From: Thiocapsa sp.
GTDB lineage: Bacteria > Pseudomonadota > Gammaproteobacteria > Chromatiales > Chromatiaceae
DNA: 64,000 bases
Assembly: GCA_022340925.1 (NCBI GenBank)
Contig: JAJDNA010000042.1
Coordinates: forward strand, 45,612-109,611
Reading direction: 5' to 3'
The notes below the pieces were generated by a model. That model did no database searches. It saw only the letters and a program-made list of their open reading frames with translations, and was not told the origin of the DNA. A program made the translations under genes and the position numbers. Positions 36,388 to 44,711 of the stretch are shown one piece after another (the stretch's first letter is position 1; each line of letters starts with the position of its first letter).

Positions 36388-37866
36388 TCAGGACTCCGAC
36401 ACGCTGGCCGTCGGCTGATCGGTCGCCTTTGCGGCCGCCTCGCGTTTGCGTCTGGCCATCGCCTCGCGCTTGGCCTGCTTGATCGCCTCCATGCGGGCGC
36501 TGCGCTGCTCCGCCAGCCGCTTGGTTTCCATGAGCTTCTGCCTGGCGCGTCCACGCGCCGCCATCTCGCCTTTGGCATAGTTAAAAAACTGCACCAGTGG
36601 GAGATGCGCCGGGCAGACATAGGCGCAGGATCCACAGCCGATGCAATCCATCAGACCCAGGCCGACGGCACCTTCCAGATCTCCGGAGCGGGTGCGCGCG
36701 GCCATCTCGAGGGGCACCAGCCCGCAGGGGCAGGCCTCGACGCAACTCGCGCAGCGGATGCAGGGCATGGGCGCCTGCCGGTCAATCTCGCGCCTGGTCA
36801 GCGCCAGCACCCCGTTGCTGCCCTTGACGATTGGCACCCGGGTGCTCGGCAGTGGCTGACCCATCATGGGTCCGCCGCTGATCAGCCCTGCTGGCTCCTC
36901 GTTGAAGCCGCCGCAATAGTCGAGCAGGTCCTGGACCCGTGCACCGAGGGGAACGCGCAGGTTCCGTGGCCGCGCGACCGCGGCGCCGCTGACGGTCACC
37001 ACCCTCGAGATGAGCGGTCGGCCGTACCGCAAGGCCTCATGGACCGCGAAAGCGGTCGCCCCATTGTGGACAACCACGCCGATGTCCGCGGTCAGCCCCC
37101 GCGCCGGGGTCTCGCGACCGGTCAGCGCCTGCACCAGGTGCTTCTCCGAGCCCATCGGGTAACGCGTGGGCAGGCGGGCGAGCCGGATCCTTCGGTCGAC
37201 GGCGGCGGCCAGACTCATGGCCGCCTGGGCCTGGGGCTTGTTCTCCTCAATGGCGATGATGATCCGCTCCGCGCCCAAGGCATGTGCCATGATCCGGACC
37301 CCGTCGACGACCGCGTCCGCCTGCTCGCGCATCAGGCGGTCGTCGCAGGTCAGATAGGGCTCACATTCCGCGCCATTCACCACCAGGGTGTGCACCCGGT
37401 AGCGGGTCCGCAGGTTGAGCTTGACGGCGGAAGGGAACGTCGCCCCACCCATCCCGACGATCCCCGCCTCGGCCACCCGGGTTGCGATCTCCTCCGGCGC
37501 CAGCGCAAAGGGGTCGGATATACTCCGGACTTTTTCCGACCAACGATCCTCGCCGTCTGGCATCAGGGTGACGGTTCGAATCGAGAGTCCGGAGGCATGA
37601 TGAGCCGGGTAGCTTCCGACCCCCATCACGCGGCCTGATGTTGGCGCATGGACGGGCGCCGAGATGGCGCCCTGACTGAGCCCTAGCAGATCGCCCTTGG
37701 CGACCCGTTGGCCGCGGCGGACCGCTGGTTTGGCGGGCGCGCCGATGTGCTGCTGCAGCGGGACGTGCAGCAGCGCCGGCATGGGCAGGTCCTCGATCGC
37801 CTGTTCGGCTGCGAGGTGCTTGTGATCGTGCGGGTGCACGCCGCCGCGGATCCTGAAGAGTTTCAT
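36388..37866 (-). CDS. rnfC: Electron transport complex subunit RnfC
   Basis: MKLFRIRGGVHP..., GIVGMGGATFPSAVKL and two 4Fe-4S ferredoxin motifs (CIRCASCVEACP, CIGCGSCAYVCP) are present. A Lys/Ala/Glu-rich tail follows. Confidence 0.9.
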   Translation of the reverse strand: MKLFRIRGGVHPHDHKHLAAEQAIEDLPMPALLHVPLQQHIGAPAKPAVRRGQRVAKGDLLGLSQGAISAPVHAPTSGRVMGVGSYPAHHASGLSIRTVTLMPDGEDRWSEKVRSISDPFALAPEEIATRVAEAGIVGMGGATFPSAVKLNLRTRYRVHTLVVNGAECEPYLTCDDRLMREQADAVVDGVRIMAHALGAERIIIAIEENKPQAQAAMSLAAAVDRRIRLARLPTRYPMGSEKHLVQALTGRETPARGLTADIGVVVHNGATAFAVHEALRYGRPLISRVVTVSGAAVARPRNLRVPLGARVQDLLDYCGGFNEEPAGLISGGPMMGQPLPSTRVPIVKGSNGVLALTRREIDRQAPMPCIRCASCVEACPCGLVPLEMAARTRSGDLEGAVGLGLMDCIGCGSCAYVCPAHLPLVQFFNYAKGEMAARGRARQKLMETKRLAEQRSARMEAIKQAKREAMARRKREAAAKATDQPTASVSES

Positions 37867-37999
37867 TCCTGATCGCCGTGTCTGATCGGTCGGTTTCGTT
37901 CGGGTCCCGGCCTCACCGGCGCTGTCCAGCGGGAAGCAGCCCGGCCGCGAGGAAGCAAGGATTGCTCAATCATGCAGAGACCTGTGTTCGACTCCGTGC

Positions 38000-38533
38000 T
38001 CAGGCCGGGAGCACGCTGGGCTCTGGCCAATACCAGGTCTGCAGGGTCGGCGTCACCGTGCGCATCTCGATGCATTCGGTGGGGCAGACCTCGAAGCAGA
38101 GCTCACAGCCGGTGCAGGCGTCGGCGAACACGCTGTGGATCATGTTGTTGGCGCCCATGATCGCGTCGGTCGGGCAGCGTTTGAAACACTTGGTGCAGCC
38201 GACGCAGAGGTTCTCGTGGATGTGGGCGATCACGGGCGCCTTGTCCACGACACCGGACAAATCGACCGGGACGCCTAGGAGGCCCGCCAATTGTTCCGCC
38301 AAGGCACGCCCGCCGGGCGGACAGATGGTCACGGATGCCGCCCTGGAGGCGATCGCCTCGGCTGCGGGCGCGCATCCGGGATAGCCGCACTGGCCGCACT
38401 GGGAGCCCGGCAGGAGCTCCGTGACCTGCTCGGCGAGGGGATTGCCCTCGACCTTGAGATAACGGGCAGCGACCCCGAGGAGCCAGCCAAGGGTCAGGCC
38501 GAGTGTCGTGAGGCTGAAGATCGCGGCGATCAT
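38000..38533 (-). CDS. rnfB: Electron transport complex subunit RnfB
   Basis: N-terminal TM, CGQCGYPGC cluster and two ferredoxin CxxCxxCxxxCP motifs (CVGCTKCFKRCP, CTGCELCFEVCP). Confidence 0.9.
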   Translation of the reverse strand: MIAAIFSLTTLGLTLGWLLGVAARYLKVEGNPLAEQVTELLPGSQCGQCGYPGCAPAAEAIASRAASVTICPPGGRALAEQLAGLLGVPVDLSGVVDKAPVIAHIHENLCVGCTKCFKRCPTDAIMGANNMIHSVFADACTGCELCFEVCPTECIEMRTVTPTLQTWYWPEPSVLPA

Positions 38534-38621
38534 GTATCGGTCATCTCGTCTGGGGATCGGTTGCAGGTGTGGCCGGCGATCGCGTCTCTAAGATTCATCC
38601 TGTCGCGACCGGAGGCGCGGT

Positions 38622-39197
38622 CTAGGCGAGCCCCGCGAACCCCATGAAGGCGAGCGAGAGCAGGCCGGCGGCGACAAAGGCGATCGGGGTACCGGCAAAT
38701 GCCGCGGGGACCCGGGCGAGCGCGAGGCGCTCACGCAACCCGGCGAAGAGGAGCATCACCAGGGTGAATCCCAGGGCCGAGCCGAGGCCGTAGAGCACGC
38801 TTTGGAGGAAACCGTGATCCTCCTGGACGTTGAGCAGCGCCACACCCAGAACCGCGCAGTTGGTCGTGATGAGCGGGAGAAAGATCCCCAGCACCTGATG
38901 CAGGGCCGGCGAGAGTTTCCGCACCGCCATCTCGGTGAACTGAACGACCGCCGCGATCACCAGGATGAATGTCAGAATCCGCAGAAACCCGATGTCCAGC
39001 GGCCCCAGAACGAAGCGCTCGAGCAGCCAGCCCGCGACCGCCGCCAGGGTCAGGACGAAGGTGGTGGCCAGTCCCATGCCGAGGGCTGAGTCGACCTTGC
39101 TCGACACGCCCATGAACGGACAGAGTCCCAGGAACTTGACCAGCACCACGTTGTTGACCAGCGCGGTCCCGAGAATCAACAAGACATACTCTCCCAT
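38622..39197 (-). CDS. rnfA: Electron transport complex subunit RnfA
   Basis: [32 protein letters not shown] aligns residue-for-residue with the E. coli RsxA N-terminus. The ATG at 39197 is preferred to the track GTG at 39206. Confidence 0.9.
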   Translation of the reverse strand: MGEYVLLILGTALVNNVVLVKFLGLCPFMGVSSKVDSALGMGLATTFVLTLAAVAGWLLERFVLGPLDIGFLRILTFILVIAAVVQFTEMAVRKLSPALHQVLGIFLPLITTNCAVLGVALLNVQEDHGFLQSVLYGLGSALGFTLVMLLFAGLRERLALARVPAAFAGTPIAFVAAGLLSLAFMGFAGLA

Positions 39198-39239
39198 CTG
39201 TGCCACGTCCTTGAGAATCGACCTGGATGGGTAGCCCGC

Positions 39240-39255
39240 AGCAAACGCAGTGCCA
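39240..39255 (-). promoter_or_regulatory. sigma54 (-24/-12) promoter of the rnf operon
   Basis: The minus strand reads TGGCAC-TGCGT-TTGCT, the exact consensus spacing GG-N10-GC. It lies about 45 nt upstream of the rnfA ATG. Confidence 0.6.
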
Positions 39256-39352
39256 TGTCCCGACTGGTGCGCACGGACTCGTACTCAGGCTGGCCGGCGG
39301 TCCTCGAGCTGTCGCGGTGACAACAGAAATCCTTGTTGCCGTGCAGTGCAAA

Positions 39353-39368
39353 TGTCGCAAAACTGACA
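39353..39368. promoter_or_regulatory. NifA upstream activator sequence (TGT-N10-ACA)
   Basis: TGTCGCAAAACTGACA is a perfect TGT-N10-ACA. It is centred about 105 bp upstream of the -24 element of the rnf sigma54 promoter, the canonical NifA UAS distance. Confidence 0.55.
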
Positions 39369-39518
39369 AGGACATGCCCCGGGCTTGAGGGGGAGGCCGT
39401 CCGAAAGCCGCGATCAAGCGCTGGACGACCGCTCCCGGGGCCGGGCGCCAGCCAAGGCCGGAAGGCCTTCTGCTGCGCCGATGAGCGTGCGGTCAAGAGC
39501 GGACGCTTGAGCCGCTGG

Positions 39519-39534
39519 CGGCATCGATTTTGCT
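39519..39534 (+). promoter_or_regulatory. Possible sigma54-type promoter for nifLA
   Basis: CGGCAT-CGATT-TTGCT carries the invariant GG and GC at correct spacing. It lies about 37 nt upstream of the nifL GTG. The -24 hexamer deviates from TGGCAC. Confidence 0.35.
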
Positions 39535-39570
39535 GAATCATGTAATCCGTATCCGCGTCAGGAGAATGCC

Positions 39571-41211
39571 GTGCCGGTCCGAGAAGCCCCGGATCCCGTC
39601 CACCAGGTCGTCATGAACGCCCTCGGCGCGTTTCTCGCGTCGCCGCCAGACGGGACCCCGATCGAGGTCGTGGAGGCGCTGACCCTGATGGGCGGGAATG
39701 GTTCGGACCCGCTCCCGCCGCGGCTCTTTTTCGAGGCCGTCGAGCAATCGCCCGTCGCGATCTCGATCACGGACCCCAGGGCGACCATCCTCTATGCCAA
39801 TCGGGCCTTCGAGACCCTCACCGGCTACGATCGCCAGGAGGTGCTGGGCCAGAACGAGGCGATCCTCTCGAGCAACGCGACGCCGGACAGCGTCTATCAG
39901 CATCTGTGGCGGACCATCCAGAGCAAGGAGACCTGGACCGGCACACTGGTCAATCGCACCAAGCAGGGCGGCGACTATCTGGCTGAGCTGATCATCTCTC
40001 CGGTGTTGGATCGGGACGGGGACCTCCAGTACTTCCTCGGGATGCACCGTGACGTGACCAAGGTGCACGAGCTGGAGGGGGCGCTGCGCCAACAGAAGGC
40101 ACGGATCGAGACCGTCCTCGACGCGGCACCCGTGATCGTGGTGCTGCTCGACAGCAAGGGTCGGATCATCCTCGACAATCAGGAGTACAAGAAGCTGCTT
40201 GGCGACCTGCGCGGCAAGGAGCCGGCTGAGGTCCTGCGTGCGGCGGTCAGCGAGCAGATCGGCGGGGACGCCTTCGACGCGTGTCTTAACGGGTGCGGCT
40301 TCAAGGATGTCGAGGTCAGCATCGAGATCCCCGGCGGCATGGGACCGCGCTGGTTCGCCTGCTCGGGGACGCCGGTGGAGGAGACCGACGCCAGCGCCAG
40401 GAGCTATTTTCGTCGCCAGGCGTCGCCGGATCGGCGGCTCTTGCTGTTGGCGAACGAGGTGACGGGGCGGCGCCGCGAGATCGACCGCGCACATCTGGAG
40501 CACCTGCGCGCGCGTCTCGCCGAGCAGCAATTGATGCATGGCATGCGCGAGGCCCTGGCCGCGGCCATCTACCAGATCCAGGTCCCGCTCAATGTGATCA
40601 ACGCGGCCGCGACGATGCTGCGCGGCGGGGCCGGAAACGCCGACACGCTCGCCGGGATGCTCGACCACATCAGCACCTCGGGGGAGAAGGCGCTCGCGAC
40701 CCTGACCTCGGCCCTTCCCGAGGAGCAGCGCGAAGCCGGGGTCATGGTCAATGTCAATGAGCTGCTGCGTCAGGTCTTGGAGCTGGAGACCGATCGACTG
40801 CTCGCGGCGGGGATCGTGGTCGATTGGCGGCCGGCGCATGTCTTGCCCGAGCTGCCGGGCCACAAGACTCAGTTGCGCGCACTCTTCAAGCACCTGATCG
40901 ACAACGCCATTCAATCTCTGTGTGAATCGGGTCGCGCGCACCGCGAGCTGCGTCTGACCACCCGACCGGTCGACGGGGGCGTCGAGGTCGAGATCGAGGA
41001 CAACGGCGTGGGGATCCCGCCCGAGGATCGCTATCGCGTGTTCGAGCCCTTCTCCATCGGTTGGCGCAACCGCCGGGGCAGGGCGGGTATGGGGCTTGCT
41101 TTGAGCCAGGAGATCGTCAATGCGCACGGAGGCGGGATCGAGGTTGACCCGGGCTTCAGCGATGGCTGCCGGATCCGTCTGTCATTGACTGCCGTCATCG
41201 CCGACGTTTGA
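39571..41211 (+). CDS. nifL: Nitrogen fixation negative regulator NifL (PAS/FAD sensor, histidine-kinase-like)
   Basis: FFEAVEQSPVAISITDPRATILYANRAFETLTGYDRQEVLGQNEAILSSNATP...YLGMHRDVTKVHELE is closely parallel to the first PAS domain of A. vinelandii NifL. The C-terminus is GHKL-like (DNGVGIP, GMGLALSQEIV). The GTG start lies 5 nt after GGAGA. Confidence 0.9.
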   Translation: MPVREAPDPVHQVVMNALGAFLASPPDGTPIEVVEALTLMGGNGSDPLPPRLFFEAVEQSPVAISITDPRATILYANRAFETLTGYDRQEVLGQNEAILSSNATPDSVYQHLWRTIQSKETWTGTLVNRTKQGGDYLAELIISPVLDRDGDLQYFLGMHRDVTKVHELEGALRQQKARIETVLDAAPVIVVLLDSKGRIILDNQEYKKLLGDLRGKEPAEVLRAAVSEQIGGDAFDACLNGCGFKDVEVSIEIPGGMGPRWFACSGTPVEETDASARSYFRRQASPDRRLLLLANEVTGRRREIDRAHLEHLRARLAEQQLMHGMREALAAAIYQIQVPLNVINAAATMLRGGAGNADTLAGMLDHISTSGEKALATLTSALPEEQREAGVMVNVNELLRQVLELETDRLLAAGIVVDWRPAHVLPELPGHKTQLRALFKHLIDNAIQSLCESGRAHRELRLTTRPVDGGVEVEIEDNGVGIPPEDRYRVFEPFSIGWRNRRGRAGMGLALSQEIVNAHGGGIEVDPGFSDGCRIRLSLTAVIADV

Positions 41212-41228
41212 CCTTGCCCGAAGCATTC

Positions 41229-42809
41229 ATGAACGCCGACCACCATACCGCCGGCGGTGCCGCGCAGGCCCGCCGGTTGGATCTGCTGGAGTCCCAGTTG
41301 GCCGCGCTCTTCGAGGTGAGCAGCGTGCTCAGCCGATCGCTCAACCTGCGCGAGACCCTGCGCGAGGTCCTGGCGGTCCTGCACCATCGCGGGCGTCTTC
41401 GGCACGGCCTGGTCAGCCTGTTGAGCGAGGACCGGGGTGAGCTGCTGATCAGCGCGCTCCATACGGATGATGCAGACCCGGTCGAGGCGGTCGCCTATCA
41501 GCCGGGCGAGGGCGTAATCGGAAGCATCCTCGCGCGCAATCGATCCTGGATCCTGCCGCGCGTTGCGGACGAGTCGCGGTTCCTCGATCGGCTCAATCTC
41601 TATGATCCGGATCTCCCGTTCATCGGCGTCCCCATCCGGCTTGGGGACGGGGGTGCGGTCGGGGTCTTTGCGGCCCAGCCGCCCGTCTCAGACGACCTGC
41701 TCGCCGAGCGCGCCCGGTTCCTCGAGATGGTGGCCAATCTGATTGGGCAAGCCGTGCGCCTGGCAAGCACCGTCGAGGCCGATCAGCGGGCGCTGCGCGA
41801 GGAGCGCGACAAGCTCCGCCGCGAGGTCAAGGGGACCCATGGCTTCGACAGCATCATCGGTCACACCGATGCGATGCGCCTGGTCTTCGACCAGGTGCGC
41901 CAGGTCGCGAAGTGGAACACCACCGTTTTGATTCGAGGCGAATCCGGCACGGGCAAGGAGTTGATCGCCAACGCCATCCACTACAATTCCCCGCGCTCGC
42001 GTGCCGCTTTCGTCAAGCTCAACTGTGCGGCGCTGCCGGACAACCTCTTGGAGTCCGAGCTTTTCGGACACGAGAAGGGTGCCTTCACGGGTGCGATCAG
42101 CCTCCGTAAGGGGCGATTCGAGCAGGCCGACGGGGGAACCCTGTTTCTCGACGAGATCGGCGAGCTCACACCGGCCTTCCAGGCCAAGCTGCTGCGGGTT
42201 CTGCAAGAGGGGGAGTTCGAGCGGGTCGGCGGCGGCCGCACCCTCAAGGTGGACGTCCGGGTGATCGCGGCGACCAACCGTGACCTGGAGGCCGAGGTGC
42301 GGGCCGGCGACTTCCGCGAGGACCTCTACTACCGGCTCAACGTGATGCCCATCCGCATGCCCGCGCTGCGCGAGCGCATCGAGGACATCCCGGACCTCGC
42401 CCGTTTCCTCGTCACCAAGGTCGCCCGGATGCAGGGCCGGGAGTTGTCGATCACGGACAGCGCGCTGCGCATCCTGATGCGCCACGCCTGGCCGGGCAAC
42501 GTGCGCGAGCTCGAGAACTGCATGGAGCGTGCCGCGGTGATGAGCGAGCAGGGGGTCATCGATCGCGATGTCATCGAGCTCACCGGGCTCAACGTCGCCG
42601 ACCTGGCGGCCGAGCCCCTGCCCGGCAGTCCGGTCAAGACACCGACGATCGACTTCAACGACCCGAGCCTCGACGAGCGCGAACGGGTCATCGCTGCGCT
42701 GGAAGAGGCGGGGTGGGTCCAGGCCAAGGCGGCGCGCCTGTTGAATATGACGCCGCGCCAGATCGCGTACCGGATCCAGACGCTCAACATCAAGCTAAGG
42801 CAGTTCTGA
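41229..42809 (+). CDS. nifA: nif-specific sigma54-dependent transcriptional activator NifA
   Basis: N-terminal GAF domain. AAA+ core [34 protein letters not shown] (GAFTGA loop). C-terminal Fis-type [20 protein letters not shown]. An alternative TTG at 41208 overlaps the nifL stop (TTTGA). Confidence 0.9.
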   Translation: MNADHHTAGGAAQARRLDLLESQLAALFEVSSVLSRSLNLRETLREVLAVLHHRGRLRHGLVSLLSEDRGELLISALHTDDADPVEAVAYQPGEGVIGSILARNRSWILPRVADESRFLDRLNLYDPDLPFIGVPIRLGDGGAVGVFAAQPPVSDDLLAERARFLEMVANLIGQAVRLASTVEADQRALREERDKLRREVKGTHGFDSIIGHTDAMRLVFDQVRQVAKWNTTVLIRGESGTGKELIANAIHYNSPRSRAAFVKLNCAALPDNLLESELFGHEKGAFTGAISLRKGRFEQADGGTLFLDEIGELTPAFQAKLLRVLQEGEFERVGGGRTLKVDVRVIAATNRDLEAEVRAGDFREDLYYRLNVMPIRMPALRERIEDIPDLARFLVTKVARMQGRELSITDSALRILMRHAWPGNVRELENCMERAAVMSEQGVIDRDVIELTGLNVADLAAEPLPGSPVKTPTIDFNDPSLDERERVIAALEEAGWVQAKAARLLNMTPRQIAYRIQTLNIKLRQF

Positions 42810-42894
42810 TCCGCGTCGCCTGTGGATTCGCGTTGACGAGGGTCAACCCAGCGACCAGCCCGGTCCGCGCGCGTCTCTCTCAGGATAGACGCCA

Positions 42895-43597
42895 CTACCC
42901 CGGATTATTGCTTCGGCGCATGCACCGGATTGTGTTCGAGCGCCATCCGCGACGTAAAGCCAAGCCGATTCCGCGGGCGTTCTGCACGAATAGGAAATCG
43001 GCCATCTCGGGGGTCTTTTCACCCTCGGCGGCCTGGACGATGGTCGTGATGCCATCGACAGCTCTGATCGTTAAGGGCTTGTCGAGCGCCTTCACACGAA
43101 ACGACAAGCCATCGGCGAGCTTCAGCTTGTCGCCAAGCGTCTTCAGTCCTGTATCGTCGAGATCGGGATCGACGAGCGTCGTGCAGGCCTGAATGACCCG
43201 GGGCGTACCGTCCGGGCTGGCGGGAATGTCAATGGAGTCGACCGTCCAGTGCCGAGGGCCGTTCTTGACGATGCCGGTGACCTCGCACTGCGACTTGAGT
43301 GACTCGGGCGTGATCTTGTCCCAGATCTCAGAACGCATCCGCCGGCGGCACCTGGCCAGGCACGACGCCGATTTTTTCCATACGCGCGACCATTTCCTGG
43401 TCCGCGGGATGCGGCCGGTTGTCGGCCGTCAGTCGCGTCAACCGGTCGAAGAACGCTTCGGCGTCCAGGCCATTCACCTGCTTGCGCAGCGCGGTTTTGA
43501 TGTCGATCGACGGATCGACCTTGCCCTTCGGCGGCCTGTAGTCCTTGCCCGAGGCGCTGATCGGGCGAACGTCGAAGGCGTCCTGGAGTGCGTGCAC
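42895..43597 (-). pseudogene. Two frame-shifted ORF fragments (89 aa and 147 aa) of a degraded gene, possibly DUF1254/DUF1214-family
   Basis: ORFs 43328..43597 and 42895..43338 abut in different frames. The first (GKDYRPPKGKVDPSIDIKTALRKQVNGLDAEAFFDRLTRLTADNRPHPADQEMVARMEKIGVVPG) resembles the central linker of DUF1254/DUF1214 proteins as I recall them. The region is visibly more AT-rich than its neighbours. Confidence 0.4.
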
Positions 43598-43616
43598 CTG
43601 GGCATCATCCTCCTTC

Positions 43617-43739
43617 GTGCCGGAGCCGTATCGGCGGTTCTTCGGGGCGCCCCTGCGCTTCGACGCGGAGCAGAGCGCCGTGGCGTTCCCAACCCGATGG
43701 CTGGATCACCCGATCATGAGCGCGGATCGGCTGCTTCAC
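43617..43739 (+). pseudogene. Fragment resembling the ligand-binding (arabinose-binding-like) domain of an AraC-family regulator
   Basis: YRRFFGAPLRFDAEQSAVAFPTRWLDHPIMSADRLLH resembles the FFG.PV.F......L.F....LD.PL..AD motif of AraC/XylS regulators of the OruR/ArgR type. No HTH domain follows. Confidence 0.3.
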
Positions 43740-43856
43740 CGCCGGTCGCGAGATGCCGTCTCTCCGTCTCCTTCGGACACCAAACGAGCGGACCGTGGCA
43801 GCGGCGACTAACAGGTCTGAGCGGTCGAAGCACCTGCTCCGGTCTCCTCCCGCGAC

Positions 43857-44711
43857 TCAGTCCGCGAGCGAGGGCAGGACCCAAGTGGGTCGGACCGGCC
43901 AGTCCGCGGGGTCGCCGCGCGGCGCCAGGCCGGTGCAGACGAGCAGGGAGTCGATGCCGGTGTGGACCGCCCCCTGGATGTCGGTCCCCAGCTGGTCTCC
44001 CACCATGAGCAGGCGCCCGCTGCCCAGGCGCTCCCGGGCCCTCTCGAACAGGGGTGGGTACGGCTTGCCGAGACGAGTGAAGCCCAACTTCCTGGTCGGG
44101 TAACGTTCGCGGATGACGGCCTCCAGCATGGAGGCGATTCCCCCGGCGGTGAATCCGTATCGACCCGGTGCGACTGGGTAGATCAGGTCCGGGTTGCAGA
44201 GCAGGAGATGCAGGGGGCGCCCGGCATCCACCCGGCGCAGGATCAGTGAGACCGTGTCATCGAGGTCCTCGGGCCAGCGCACCTGCTTCTGGTCGGCGAC
44301 TACGACCACCTCTGTATCCGCCGCGGGCGAGGGCTGAACCGGCTGGCCTCCCGCGCGCTCGACATAGGCGCGCGACTCGGGCGGTCCAAGGAAAAGGCAG
44401 CGCGCGCCAGACAGCCCGGCCGCCGCGAAATAGCCTGCGAGCAGGCTGCCGGAGGTCAGGATGCGAGCCGGGTCGATGACGATCCCTGCCGCGGCCCAGT
44501 CATGCGACAGGGTCTCGGGCAGGCGGCTGGCCGAGTTGGTGACCACCAGCCAGGGCTTTCCGGCGGCGTCGAGACGGCGCAGCAGGTCGACGGCGCCCGG
44601 AAGCGCGCCGGCGTCATCGAGCAGCACGCCATAGGCGTCGAGCAGCCAGCAGTCATACTCGGCGATCAGCTGGTCGAGGTCCGGGGTTTGCGGACGTTCG
44701 GACTCAGGCAT
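43857..44711 (-). CDS. HAD-superfamily hydrolase, subfamily IIA (NagD-like)
   Basis: WLLDAYGVLL (DxxG/D motif I), VVTNSAS (motif II) and MVGDQLGTDIQGA (motif IV) are present. The ATG at 44711 overlaps the kefC stop by 8 nt. Confidence 0.8.
   Translation of the reverse strand: MPESERPQTPDLDQLIAEYDCWLLDAYGVLLDDAGALPGAVDLLRRLDAAGKPWLVVTNSASRLPETLSHDWAAAGIVIDPARILTSGSLLAGYFAAAGLSGARCLFLGPPESRAYVERAGGQPVQPSPAADTEVVVVADQKQVRWPEDLDDTVSLILRRVDAGRPLHLLLCNPDLIYPVAPGRYGFTAGGIASMLEAVIRERYPTRKLGFTRLGKPYPPLFERARERLGSGRLLMVGDQLGTDIQGAVHTGIDSLLVCTGLAPRGDPADWPVRPTWVLPSLAD

Noticed and set aside
35376-37638. 368-aa and 472-aa plus-strand ORFs over rnfD and rnfC
   Set aside because: They are antisense shadows of rnf genes that align with E. 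coli Rsx proteins.
39538-41127. 529-aa minus-strand ORF
   Set aside because: It is antisense to nifL, which aligns convincingly with known NifL PAS and GHKL regions.
42832-42847. GTTGAC-GAGG-GTCAAC hairpin after nifA as a terminator
   Set aside because: The stem is only 6 bp and no U-tract follows. This is not enough to call an intrinsic terminator.
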